NCBI GenBank assembly: GCA_051942245.1
Contig: JAVECL010000055.1
Location: 1-64,000, forward strand
DNA length: 64,000 nucleotides
Origin: Trypethelium eluteriae
Lineage: Eukaryota
Direction: 5' to 3'
In this document: positions 22,466 through 34,875 of the stretch, one piece after another
How positions within the stretch are numbered: the stretch's first letter is position 1
Layout of the letters: every line of letters begins with the position of its first letter
The notes under the pieces: generated by a model
Seen by the model: only the letters and a program-made list of their open reading frames with translations
The model's database searches: none
Told to the model about the DNA's origin: nothing
Program-made: the position numbers and the translations under genes

Positions 22466-25400
22466 ATGCCCACCTTTGTTGCTGCATTGTAAGTCGCATT
22501 CCTGGACTCTTCTCCTAAAAGTCTTCTCATTGCCAACCGGTGTCTCCTCAAACCTCACATTCGTTCATAATCTTATCGCGCAGTCTTGCCTGCTTGCCTG
22601 CTAATCTTGCAACATTAGTTTCCTACCCTACACCGTCGACTTCCACGATGAACCCAATGATGCCCAGCAACACTTACAACAGCAACAGCAAGTACCTCCA
22701 CCGCGGCCGGCTCCACCCATCCGCATCCCCAGTCACAAATCGTTACACGAGCTTCAACAGCCTAGCCTTTTCACCGGCCCAACGCCTCCCACCACGCCCG
22801 ATCCGAATGCAGACCTCGAGGAGTTCTTTGCCCAATCCCGCCCGACCGCTGCGAAGCACTTTCTCAAGCACTCTGATGCTCGGGCTTTCATCCGCAATGA
22901 TTCTCACATTGATGAATGGGATAGTAGTGCGGGTATTTTCAACCAGCCTCGATCAAGAGCAGGCCCTGCTCCCCCAGATGACATTCTAGAATATGCCAAG
23001 GCACAAGAGAAGCTCAAGCAACAGCGGGAACGAAAGCAGTCGCCTCGCACCCGTTCATCTCGCGCATCCAGTGGCGAGCGCTTCACCGGCGATAACTGGA
23101 CCATCGAGCCTGCCGTACAAGGCAACGGTGGTCTTGCCAATGCTGTTCGAGCTGCCCAGAATTCCCAGAACGTTGAGGACGTCCTGTGGGTCGGCACCTT
23201 GGGCTTCCCCACTGACACACTTCTGGATGGCAAGAAGGAGGAAATTTCGGAAAGACTGGAGAATGAGTACGATGCCTTGGCCGTCTATGCCAGCGATAGC
23301 GACCTTGACGGCCACTACGCGCATTACTGCAAGACCATCTTGTGGCCAGTCCTGCATTATCAGATTCCTGATCACCCGAAAAGCAAAGCCTACGAAGACC
23401 ACTCATGGGTTTACTATGTCAATATCAACCAAGCATTCGCCGACAAGATTTGCAGGAGCTACAAGCGTGGTGACACCATTTGGATCCACGACTACCATCT
23501 TCTCTTGGTTCCTGGCATGATCAGAAAGAAGTTGCCAGATGCCCAGATTGGCTTCTTCCTTCACAGTGCATTCCCTTCCTCGGAGGTTTTCCGCTGCCTC
23601 TCAACACGCAAACAACTTCTCGAAGGTATGCTTGGAGCGAACCTAATCGCTTTTCAAACATCTGAATATGCCCACCACTTTTTGCAAACTTGCAGTCGCC
23701 TCCTTATCGTCGAGGCCACAGCAGACGGTGTTCAACTCGAGGATCACTTCGTCAATGTTACAAGCCTGGCTATGGGCATCGATCCAGGTGCCCTGGCAAC
23801 GGCCCGAGAAGAGCAAGAGGTCCGTGACTGGATCAAGGTCATTCGTGAACGTTACGCCGACAAGCGCCTTATCGTCGCGCGTGATAAGCTCGACAATGTT
23901 CGCGGGGTTCGTCAAAAGCTCCTTGCTTTCGAGCTCTTCCTCAACAAGCACCCCGAATGGCGTGGCAAAGTCGTCCTTCTCCAGGTCGCCACTTCCACCA
24001 ATGAGAAACAATCGGAGTTGGTCGCGACTGTTAGTGACATCGTGACACGAATCGACTCTGTTCACTCAACCCTCGCGCATCAACCTTTAGTCTTTCTCAA
24101 ACAAGACATTGGCTTCCCGCAGTATCTCGCCCTTCTCTCTGTCGCCGATGTCCTAATGATTACCTCCCTTCGTGAAGGGATGAATCTCACGGCCCATGAG
24201 TTCGTCTACTGCCAGGACGGCAAGGAGAGTCAGAGCAAGAAACATGGCCCGCTCATTCTCTCGGAGTTCACCGGCTCTGCCGCCGTCTTCGGTGGTCACC
24301 AACTCAGCGTCAATCCATGGGACTACCAAAAGTGTGCCGAGGCTATCCGCATTGCCCTTGAGATGACTGACACCGAACGTGCCCGCCGCTACGAACGCCT
24401 TCGGCACGTCGTCATGACGCAAACAGGCGAATACTGGATGAGTGCCCTTAGCAAACAGCTCACTCAAGTGCACGAGGAGCACTACCAACGAGACACCATG
24501 TCAATTCCTCGCCTCTCGGTCACTCAACTCACGCAAAAGTACAAAGCTGCCACTAGAGGCCGCCTCTTCATCCTCGACTATGAGGGCACCCTCGCCCTGC
24601 ATGGCTCCGTCTCGTTACAAGTCATCACCTCCCCGCAACGCGTCATCGACACCCTCAACGAGCTCCTTGAGGACCCCCTCAACATCGTCTACATCATGTC
24701 CGGCCGCACCCCGGAGGAGCTCGAGCGCCTCTTCCGGCAATGCCCCGGGCTCGGCATCATCGCAGAGAACGGCTGCTTCGTACGGGAGCACTCGCCTAAC
24801 GCCTCCGAGACCATTCCTTGGCTCGAGTTCCCCGATCTCGAGCAGATGCAGCTCTGGAAGGGCGCGGTCCGTCAGATCCTGCAGTACTACCATGAGCGCG
24901 TCGAGGGCAGTTGGATCGAGGAAAGACACTGTAGTCTGATCTTCCACTATGAGAATGCGGAGGATATGGATGGTGCGGCGAGGCAGGCCGGGGACTGTGC
25001 GAACCATATCAATGATGCGTGCGAGTCGCAGCGAGTGCATGCCGTGCCGACAGTGGATAAAGCGGTGGTGATTGAACCGTTGGACTGGAGCAAGGGCAGT
25101 GCGGCGGCGGAGGTGTACATGAAGCTCAGGCATCAGGCGATGGAGAAGCAGCAGGAAGAGGCGAGAATTTCGGCGGATGGAAGCGCTGATGAGGAGTTGA
25201 GCGCGGAGGGAAAAGTCAATAGTGAGGCCGTGGCCAAATCAACCGGTGTGAGGCTTGCCTCGCAGACGCCGGCGCCTATTGATTTCCTTCTCGTGGCGGG
25301 CGATGATCGTGAGGATGAGATTGTTTTCCGGTGGGCCAACAAGCTGGCCGACGGGAACGGGTTGGCTGGCAAGGTGAGAGATGTCACAACTGTGAGTGTG

Positions 25401-25546
25401 GGAAAGAGGAACACGGAAGCCATGGCTACTCTAACCCAGGGCACGACTGGTAAGTCGCAATTATTGAATTCACATTATGGCCACTACGACTGACCAAGTG
25501 AACAGGTCTCGTCACAGCATTGCAGCGTCTCGCTCGGAGCTGCTAG
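22466..25546 (+). CDS. TPS3: Trehalose-6-phosphate synthase complex regulatory subunit (TPS3/TSL1-like; GT20 plus degenerate HAD phosphatase), about 964 aa
   Basis: Exons 22466-22488, 22619-25449, 25506-25546 give MPTFVAAFFLPYTVDFH...LQRLARSC*. GT20 motifs IWIHDYHLLL, GFFLHSAFPSSE, SLREGMNL, LILSEFTG. Phosphatase motif I is DYEGT rather than catalytic DYDGT, as expected for the regulatory subunit. Confidence 0.9.
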
Positions 25547-26779
25547 AATTGCTCCGGGATGTGAAATCTTTGTAAAATTGACCTTTCTTATGTCGTCATG
25601 TCATAATGGCGTTGATTTAGAGAAACGGCTGGTCTTATTATGCGCTGGAGTTGATCAGGCAGAATGAGCCGGGCCTTTGATATCTGCTTTCCTCTTTCAA
25701 CCACAGCTCACCACATTTTCTTCCCATTTGTATTCTGCTGACTCTTCTTTTTTTCTTTCCTTCATCCTTACACCACCAAGATAGATACCCCCATAGTTGG
25801 TTGAAAACCCTATGCTTAGAGAGAGCTTCTAGAGCTCTTTATGAGCACATACACATTATTTGTACTATACATCATAGAGGCTAGATTCATAGTGGAGCAT
25901 AGTAGCCTGGCGCAGGGGTCACTGGTCTCTGAAAGCTCCAAATGTAGCTCTTAACAAAGTACAATGATTTGATACTTCTGAAGCTTCGCTTGCATCCTCC
26001 CAGTCGCTTAGACGGCTCCAGGGCTGTAGAAAAATGTCAATCCAAATAATTGGTTCCTTACGACTGTCACGCTTTAGCCAACTTGAGGGAGTAGGGTGAG
26101 AGGTGTTAAGCGATATAGCTTTCCTTAGCTTTTCATACGTGAAAGGATATTGGCACGATTGTGACTTTGGTACTGGGAAGGCACTGGCCAAGCATTCGAG
26201 ACTTTCTGCAGGTCCTTGGTACATGCAGGTTGGCTAGCTTTGTGAAAGGGGGTCTATTTTGAGTCGAAATTTGCAGCCGTCCTGGATCAAGGGCAAGATA
26301 TGTTTCATTGACAGACTAAGTCTAATTTGATCCGCTCGGCCAGAAGTTAAATATTCCGACTGCGGTCAGCTCTGATCAGGCATAGAGAGTAGCGGTCTGC
26401 ACCATCACATGCAGCAACATTGCTTCAGGACGAGTCGTCGCTGCTCGTCGTATTAGTGACTGCAAGGTGGCAAGCTAGGTACACAGGCGAGACAGGGAAG
26501 ACGAGGCCGATAGGTGCGGCATTTTTTGAATCTCGTGGTCAGGGAATGAGGGTCGAGCGTGTTTCGAAGCGCTAAAATGACGCCAGGAACCGGGGTGGCC
26601 CACTCAACCGGGCAGAATTTCACAAACTTTCAAAAAACATTCGCCAGTACCAAATAATACCCAATACCACTTTGCTCCCGTTGTTCCTTCCGTTTCTCCT
26701 CGCTGTTCCCTCATGCTCGCCTGCTCGCCTGGAGAAGCTTTTCAACTCAGCTGTATCAGTTAATTCCTAGACTTCCTAG

Positions 26780-26951
26780 GTTCGTAGGCGTTCTGTTATT
26801 ATCTAAACAGTTAAACACACTTCCGGACTGGTTCTTCTGCCGTACTCAATATTGTGTGGGCACACTTCGACCGATTCGAAGTCATTCACATGCGTCCCTT
26901 CTGATGGTGACTCAATCTTTCGTGTCTCGGCGCTGACAGTCATCGTTCCAG
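26780..26951 (+). other. Putative 5' UTR intron of the ODC gene
   Basis: AG|GTTCGT donor at 26780 (the same donor hexamer is used in the P450 intron at 54044), GCTGAC branch at about 26932, TTCCAG acceptor ending 26951. Its removal deletes the AUGs at 26890 and 26904. Confidence 0.6.
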
Positions 26952-27026
26952 AGCTCCTCGAACAAAACCGCCTTTGGCTTTGCTGAAGGCACCCTTCCGT
27001 CACGGCTTCAGCAGCCTGGACTCTGT

Positions 27027-27278
27027 TTGACCTCCAAATTGTCTCGATACGACCACATCGCCACATTCTCAACAACGTGCCACCTCCTTAGACTGCAGAG
27101 CTCGAAGGAAATCGAAGCGCTCTTGATTCCGTTCTTGCAAGAAACCACACCCTCGGAATCCTCAAATACTCAGCTGCCGCATAGGACGACCGCTAGGGCT
27201 TTTCCTCTCTCCGAGGGAGAGTCGAGGAGGCCCAGGCAAGAAATCAGTCTCGAGTTCGAGCCTTACAAACCTCCTTAA
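27027..27278 (+). promoter_or_regulatory. Non-AUG upstream coding region (uCC-type regulatory uORF) of the ornithine decarboxylase mRNA, ending EFEPYKPP*
   Basis: AUG-free open frame with near-cognate starts TTG 27027, TTG 27039 (CCAAA-TTG-T context) and ACG 27075. Terminates Pro-Pro-TAA 50 nt before the ODC AUG, out of frame with ODC. Confidence 0.7.
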
Positions 27279-27328
27279 CACCGTTCCTGCGAAACGCCGA
27301 TACCACTCTTTCCCTTGCGACTGTTCGC

Positions 27329-28773
27329 ATGGTTATGGCACCTTCTGCCATCACGACTACTGAGGAATATGCAACCATACAGGTCCAAACCAACTCTCAG
27401 TATAATCATACGACTCGTCATGGGAATCACAAACAACATGGAACAAGTCCAAAAGAATTGATTGGTAGTGCGTTTCAAAAGCGCACCAACACGATTAATC
27501 CGGATGTCTGTGAGGCTGGAGAGGATGACGCCTTCTTCGTGGCAGATATGGGAGAGGTCTATCGTCAGCACTTGCGCTGGAAGTTGAATCTGCCTCGAGT
27601 TAGACCGCATTACGGTGAGTCCTCATTGTTCTTGTTAGGCGACATTACTCCTGACCTTGCTAGCCGTCAAGTGCAATCCTGACCCACAGGTGTTGAAGCT
27701 TCTAGCCGAACTCGGCACTGGCTTCGACTGTGCATCTAAGACCGAAATAGACCAGGTACTCAGCCTTGGTGTTGAGCCGTCGCGCATCATCTACGCCCAG
27801 CCGTGCAAAACAAATGCCTACGTTCGCTTTGCCGCCAAAGCTGGTGTTAAGCAGATGACTTTTGACAATGCGGATGAGCTATACAAGATTAAGCAGCTCT
27901 TTCCCGACGCTGAGCTCTTTTTGCGGATCCTCACCGACGATTCTGCCAGTCTTTGCCGTCTCAGCCTAAAGTTCGGTGCCGCAGTCGAATCTACTCGTGA
28001 TCTCCTCGATCTAGCGAAGAAATTAGGTCTCAATGTCACCGGAGTAGCCTTTCATGTTGGGTCCGGAGCTTCCGACCCTCAAGCTTTCCTGCGGGCCGTT
28101 GAGGATGCTAGATATGTGTTTGACCAAGCCAATGAAGCGGGCTATGATTTGAAAACTCTCGATGTCGGAGGTGGCTTTTGCGGCGATACTTTTGAGGAGA
28201 TGGCTGCAGTCTTGTCCAATGCTCTCAACGAATATTTTCCCCCAAGTGTTCGTATCATCGGCGAACCCGGACGTTATTACGTGGCTTCAGCCTTCACAAT
28301 CGCATGCAACATTATCTCACGTCGTACTGTGGAAGACGCCCAATCAAATCGGACATCCTACATGCTCTATCTAAACGATGGTGTATACGGTAATTTCTCG
28401 AGCATCATGTTTGATCATCAACGCCCAACGCCCCGCATCCTCACAGCGGGAAGTCGATTTCTATATGATAAGCATGCGTACGCCTCCAACACGGAGCGAA
28501 GCACTCACTACTCCATTTGGGGCCCGACGTGCGACGGCATTGATTGCATCGCGGAGTCTTGCTATCTGCCCGATATCTTAGATCGTGGAGATTGGCTTTA
28601 CTTTGAGGATATGGGAGGTCGGTTTTTTTGTTCTGTTCACCGTACAAAGCCATAGCTAACGCATTATAGCGTACACCAAATGCTCCGCCACCAGATTCAA
28701 TGGATTCACCGACAGCCACGATACAGTGTACGTCTCGAGTGAGCCTGGCGCCTCGGCACTTCTTGGCATGTAG
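27329..28773 (+). CDS. SPE1: Ornithine decarboxylase, about 447 aa
   Basis: Exons 27329-27614, 27664-28617, 28670-28773. Motifs FFVADMGEVYRQHLRW, PLP lysine YAVKCN, GFDCASK, FHVGSG, LDVGGGF, EPGRY, WGPTCDGID, MGAYT. Confidence 0.97.
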
Positions 28774-29746
28774 GCTGAGACATTGGGAGGCTCATAAAAG
28801 GGCTGACTTTCACGGGATCCGTCTTGTCTATTCGTCACACTTTGCTTGTTGATGTCTTGCGGATGGACTAAAGGCCTTATTATTCATCTTGGCTATGAAA
28901 GGAACAAAATATACTTGGAGGGCGGTTCAACTGTTTTCTCGATAGAGCGTAGAACCCCGGGGAGGATTGTTCTGAGCGTTTTACTTCACCAGTACCAAAT
29001 AACTAATAGTTTCACCAACGGCGTCCTTGGCAGAGCTACGCGAAGCAGCTACAGTATTAACGATTGTGCTTCCCTGCAACCCGTATCCCCAGGGTGCCAG
29101 CACGCATCTAGTAGTCCGCCCCCACCTCGTACGTGACAAAACTTTCTGCGCGATTATTGCAGGTGGCTTAGCTACAAGCTTATCTGCAGGAACTAGTGCC
29201 GGGCACCCAAACGGGCGCAGAGGCCTAACAGATCGGAGGTCTGGCCCAAGAAGTTCGAGAAGTGCACTAAACCCTCTCCACTAAGGTAGTAAACCCTCTC
29301 CCGCGCCCCCACAGTGCGGGCCGAGAAACTCAACGTGCTTCCGCCGGCAGAACGATCGCCATGTGCAAATCATGCCGTCATTCGCCATTCGTCCAGTTCG
29401 CGAAGGCTCCTTGCACTTGCAGGTAATCCTCCATCAGACCTCATTGCTTCTTCTCTAACACTAGTGGCAAAGATGATTCATCTAATCCCCCAGGCAGCCG
29501 GGCCACAAGGTGGACTACTGGCGTCCTTACACGCTTAGCTGCACAGCGAGGCTGAGGCTCTTTCCAACTCAACATAACTAATCTTCCAGGCAGGGGGTGA
29601 GCCTGTTGTGTCACACAGCACCCCAGCTCCCACATATCAGTTTCCTCTTACCTCGCCACCTCCCTATTGCCATTATCGTCGCCTCGTCTACACCTTCACT
29701 TATGTGAGTTAAAGACCTCGCGGCCTCGTGGTCTGCGACGCTTCAG

Positions 29747-32047
29747 ATGGCGGAACTAGGGATTGCAGCTTCGATTGTCCAAATCGTAAGCTTGGGTACT
29801 AAACTATCCTTCTCCTTCTATCGGCTCGCTTCTTCCGTATCCAATGCGACCAATGATGTCAACCGCGTTGCCAAGGGAGTCAATCTCTTCTGCCTAATGC
29901 TGAAGCAGGTTGGCGCCACTCTAAGAGATGACGATACTCAGGAGCCGATTCACAGCGCCGAGGCCCTCGAAACAGTACAGGAGATTATCCAACAATGCTC
30001 GAGTGTCTTTGGCGAGCTTCGGTCGATGCTGGAACACTGCGGGTGGGCTGAGGATCACATGGAGCTTAGTAGGATCCAAAAAGTTCGATGGACAGTGAAG
30101 AGGCCAAAAGTGGAATATGTGCTAGGACATTTGGATAGCTTGAAGTTGACACTGGCGGTTATGATGCAGACATTACAGGCAGCCAGAGTTCTGGCTATCT
30201 CGAGGTATTGTTATGCAACGGATTGAGGCAATCACATTCGAGCAATTCTTGCTGACGGATTTTGTATTAGGCGAATGAGCGCAACATCTGCTGCTTCCAC
30301 CGGATCGGACGACGACGAGACCATCACCAACGAGAAGGCCCATCTCGAAGGGTTAGTTGTCGAACAGCAGTTGTCCCTTTTCAAGGCCTCAGAACTTTAT
30401 GGTGAATACCAAGCAACTGAGACTGAAGAAACTACAGACGAGAAGGCAGTCGTTCCCGCAAGAGAGAGGGTTGCATCCATTGTCACAGAGATGAAGCCGG
30501 CTGGTCTAGAATTATATCAAGAAAAATCATTGGAGCAGGTGTACACGAGTTCAGTGGAGAGCGACCGAGTGGCCGCGGTCCTCAAGATTGCTTCACCCTT
30601 TGCAGATAATCTATTAAAGCAATGGACACTTCTGGACCGCTCCCAAACCCATGATGAAATTCGGGGCAATTTGGCAGTCCGCAGTCCACAAGGAAAATTG
30701 CAGCCTTCCCTTCGACGGATTGCAAGTCAGCCGGAAAGGCCGGAATCTGCCAAACCTCGAAAACCGTATCTCACTCCCAGGCCACCTTTTTATCAGAACC
30801 CTAGCGTGGAATCCGATAGTGAAGACGACACTTTGTCGAGCAAATTCAGCACTCAGTCAACTGTAAGTCCTGTCTCCACATTGTGGATATTGATTTGGTT
30901 TTGCTTAACGTTTCCAGCTTCATGAACTGGATAGCGAGGCGAGTCCTTTCGCGCGAGCTCCGAATAGCTTCAACCCAATGACACAGAGCTTTCCATCTGG
31001 TACCAAAGAGTATCTTCCTAATACGTCAGTTGCTCGTGGCAGTACATCGCCAATATCGCCCATCGAGAAACATAATTCTGCCACTCAATTTCCAAAACCC
31101 GGCCTCCAACATCGTCCTGGGCCTCACCGTATTTTCTCGGCAAATGATGCTGATCCATTGTACCACAATTCCGCATATAGTGGTGAGCGGGAAGGCCTTG
31201 GTATTCCTTGGCGCATACGCCTACGAGGCTGTTATTGGGACTTTCTGGATGGAAAGCTTAATAATACAAACATGCCAAATCCTGGGAAAGAGACATTCAA
31301 TGATCCCCAAGTCCGAACGGAAGTGAGCTCCTCCTGGGTTTGCAGGGAAGCAATCGAGGCGCGGGGGTTGGATTACAATTCATTCCGTGTCAACGGTCAA
31401 AAGGGGCCTGACAGTGATTCGGTGTATTACAGCATACATTGTCCACTCGATCTCGTGAGTTGCTGAGGGACGTCAGACTCTTGTGTCAATGCTTACCAAT
31501 GGAATAGCCCCACGTAAAAGAAATGGTTGTCCAGACCGCCCAAATATACCGACAACGCAGAGCAAGCTCTTCACAGCCAGCCTCACCTCAGGTCGTACAG
31601 CCCACCTGGCAGTCATCTCAATTGGGCGGGCATCGTCCCAGCAACTCGCACCTGTCAGCACCACCAGTACGCTCTCCTGACGTGGCTTCTGCTCCCGGTC
31701 CTCAGCTCTTTCGTTATGGTGGTTCCACACGCTCCATGTCGCAAAGCTTCTCTCCAAGCTCCGCCCAACCATCCCAACCTCGCATCCATGTCGATCGACC
31801 GAGCTCCAGCAGCAAGTCGGCACGTAACTTCGACTACGATGATGACGACGATGACTACGACAATTACGATGAGAACCGACGGAAGGAAAGATCGAAGAAT
31901 CGGAAGAGCGATCGGAGCAAGAGCAGATCAGTTGAGAAAGAGAAGAAGGGAAATTCAATCACCAGCGGAAGCGCAGCGAAGAATGCAGGGAAGCTGGGGA
32001 CGATCTTCGGATTAGCGGCCCTCTTAGATGGCTTAGGGGATATTTAA
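29747..32047 (+). CDS. Protein with HeLo-like / fungal STAND N-terminal helical domain, disordered linker and small C-terminal conserved domain, about 708 aa
   Basis: Exons 29747-30204, 30271-30862, 30918-31454, 31508-32047 join in frame with canonical splice signals. N-terminus MAELGIAASIVQIVSLG...KVRWTVKRPKVEYVLGHLDSLKLTLAVMMQTL is typical of the fungal HeLo-like N domain. Confidence 0.8.
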
Positions 32048-32511
32048 GATGGTGAATTTCATGTTCACCAGGTATTCATGACGACAATGCGATGAAACGA
32101 CAGCGGGATAAAAGTCGGTGGCGTGGGATTACAGCATGGTCCTATGATAATGGGATGCGGAACCAGGATGGGGAACCTGGAGTTGGGGGTGACGACCTTC
32201 TTGATATGTGTTATGTTACGACATTGGGACAGCTTTGAGATGGGTTTCTATTGACTTCCTTTCATGACCTTTTTAAGGGAACGTCTGAGAGTCATTAATT
32301 TGTATCCATACATCCAGTTAATCTCACTTTGACTACGAGATAAATCTCGTTGCAGAGTGCAATATCCTTTTGTAAACTATCGACTCGGTTCTGCCCAGGG
32401 AATTCGGACAAAGCTCTATTATCAGACGCCACAATTGTATGACTCTCCCCTCGAAACGCCTCGCTATGCTGTTTCCCACGATGTTTCCGGCCCAGCCAGC
32501 ATCATGACCCT

Positions 32512-33155
32512 TTATTTTTCCGGCGCATCAGGCAACCGCTCAACAACATACTTTCCCCGCGCTACACTCATTATCGGTACTCCGGGTATCTTGCGGATCC
32601 GTCTTTTTAAGTCACGATCGTTTGTTGCCACAATGTATATCCGGTGCTTCGTCACCCGATCCACAAGACAATCATCGGCGTAGACTTTGGCGTGGCTGCA
32701 CTTCAACCTCTCCCATCGTTCATCCCGTGCGATTTTCAGCGCAATGCGATACTTAGTACCGAGTTTCTCTAATTCACCCATGACGCACGATGTGATAATG
32801 GGAGTGCATTTTGCGTAGAGGCAATCCATCATTGTTGGGAGGAGGTCGAGTTTGTGCTGAACTGTGTGAGACAAGAAGTTGGTATCAACCAGAATGCTAT
32901 AGGGAGGCGTGAGGTTGGTGTTGTATTGAAAGAAGAGTGCTGAGGGTTGTTGGGGACTGGATTGGCAGAATTAGTGACAGCATCTAGTATTTCTGGGATG
33001 AGAGTAACATACATTTCTCGGACTACATCATCACCTTTCTGCTTCTTCTTGGCTTGCTCCTCGCCTTTAAGCTGATTCTTCTTAAGTCGAGCGTCGCGCT
33101 GACTTATCATCCGTTTCATCTGCGCATATTTGCGGTTTTTCTTTGCGAGACCCAT
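32512..33155 (-). CDS. FCF1: rRNA-processing PIN nuclease Fcf1/Utp24, about 195 aa
   Basis: Exons 33155-33013 and 32956-32512. Motifs LFFQYN, PPYSILVDTNF, ITSCVMGELEKLG, YADDC, VATNDRDLKRRIRKIPGVP. Confidence 0.95.
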
Positions 33156-33696
33156 GGTTTACACTCATTCGTCGTGAAGAGATGCCGGGTATAGCGCCTT
33201 CTTTCGGTTTTACAGTAAGTTTTGAGGAAAACGCAGACACATTGTGATCTGTAATGGTGGAGGCTCATAGAGCCAAAGTGCCAAAGTACCGAAGTCCAGA
33301 CTCGTGGATTTTTGTTCGTTGGCTCTGACGCAGGGACCCGAAGTTTGCCCGCTTCCGTCTCTATCCCAGTCGTTGCTCGGCGGAGCTTAGCGCGGCCGTG
33401 ACAAGGGCAACGCTGAGCCTCATTGGGGACCACCCTCCTCTCCTACCCATCTGCAGTCGCGTTTCTCCAAACCTGTCTCACCCTCACTCGTTCGGGTTGG
33501 GTATACGGAGTAGGCTAAAGCAAGTCTTCAGACCACCCCTGCTTCTCTTCATTCTACACCGTCCCTCCACTCTGCTGTTGTCGCACCGTAGAGTCTAGCG
33601 CCTTGTCGATCTTCCAAGTCCAGGAGGCGGCAACGCACGATGGGCTTGACCTCATCATACAACGCTCGACGATATGCTCCCTTTCCTATAGCAAAT

Positions 33697-34875
33697 ATGG
33701 ATACACACCGCATACGCACATCTGTCATTCTCCTCTTCCTATTCGCTCTCCCTGCAATCTCTCAAACCGACCTCCCCAATCTCTCTACCGCAACCCTCCC
33801 GGGCACCTCCTCTGGTTCCTCTACAGGCTCCGGTAGCACACCATCCTCCACTGGCTCTACTTCCGCCGCTACCACTTCAGGTTCGACGACCGCTTCATCT
33901 TCAGCATCTACAACAGATGCCTCATCCCTAACCGTAACCTCCGCTCCCTCTCTGACGTCCTCTGGCGGCGCCTCTTTCTTCTCTATCACCGGCTCTGGTC
34001 CCACCGTCGCCGGTGCTGGCATTCCGACCATGATAGTCCCTGACACCTCTCGCGCCCCGTTCATGCAAAAGTCCTCTCTTCCCGAAGGCACCGTCTTCAT
34101 CTGCGTAGGCGCCATCCTCGGCTTCCTCGGCTTCTGCGTCCTCGCGTGGCGCGGCCTCGTTGCCTGGTCCCTCCACCGCTCCGTCAAACGCGCCGCCCTC
34201 AAAGCCGACGTCGCCGAATCCAAGGCCATGCTACGTCCCCCCGGCGCCGGCTTCTACAGCTCCGTCCCTGGCGGCTCCTCCCTCTCCCTCGAACCCCTCG
34301 GATATGGCAATGGTCGCGGCGGCGGTGGCGGCGGGGGCAGCACCAACGAAAAGGGCGGCGACCGCATCGGACGCCCCAGCCAGTCCCACACCCCGCGCAG
34401 CTCCCTCTTCTTCTCCCCGACCGCCGGCGCCGGCCTCCCCGGTATGCCCGGCGCCAACCGCAACTCGCAATACCTCCCCGCCGGCTACTACGCTGCGGGC
34501 GCCTCGCAAACCGCGGGCGGCAACTCGACCACGCATCTCGGTGGTGGTGGTGGTGGTGGCGGCGGCGGGAGCTACAACACGCGCGGCGCACGTAACTCCG
34601 TCGGCCACTCCCCGCCGGAGTCTCCCTCGCTTCCGCCGAGCCGGGGCAACATGTACAGCCACTCGGCGCGGAACTCGCGGCGGCTGTCGGGCGCGTACAC
34701 GAGTCCGAGCTCGAGCACACTGGATCTGAGCGCTTTGTCGAGGGGGAGAGAGCCGACGGGGCGGCCGAGCAGCAGTACGTTGAATTTGGGGAAGCCGCCG
34801 GAGGGGAGGGCGCCGAGTGCGTATTTGGAGGATTTGTTTGAGAATCATGGGAATGGGCCGAGGGAAAGGTTCTGA
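33697..34875 (+). CDS. CSI2/PRM5-family single-pass membrane protein, about 392 aa (alternative upstream in-frame ATG at 33640)
   Basis: Signal peptide, Ser/Thr-rich ectodomain, APFMQKSSLPEGTVFICVGAILG before the TM helix, C-terminal RAPSAYLEDLF motif. Confidence 0.8.
   Translation: MDTHRIRTSVILLFLFALPAISQTDLPNLSTATLPGTSSGSSTGSGSTPSSTGSTSAATTSGSTTASSSASTTDASSLTVTSAPSLTSSGGASFFSITGSGPTVAGAGIPTMIVPDTSRAPFMQKSSLPEGTVFICVGAILGFLGFCVLAWRGLVAWSLHRSVKRAALKADVAESKAMLRPPGAGFYSSVPGGSSLSLEPLGYGNGRGGGGGGGSTNEKGGDRIGRPSQSHTPRSSLFFSPTAGAGLPGMPGANRNSQYLPAGYYAAGASQTAGGNSTTHLGGGGGGGGGGSYNTRGARNSVGHSPPESPSLPPSRGNMYSHSARNSRRLSGAYTSPSSSTLDLSALSRGREPTGRPSSSTLNLGKPPEGRAPSAYLEDLFENHGNGPRERF

Noticed and set aside
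22466..28773. TPS3 and ODC adjacency as a stress-metabolite cluster
   Set aside because: Unrelated pathways with no shared motif seen; chance adjacency is sufficient.
31960..32047. Possible amyloid signalling motif at the C-terminus of the HeLo-like protein
   Set aside because: No N/Q/G-rich pseudo-repeats of HET-s, sigma or PP type; the segment looks like an amphipathic helix.
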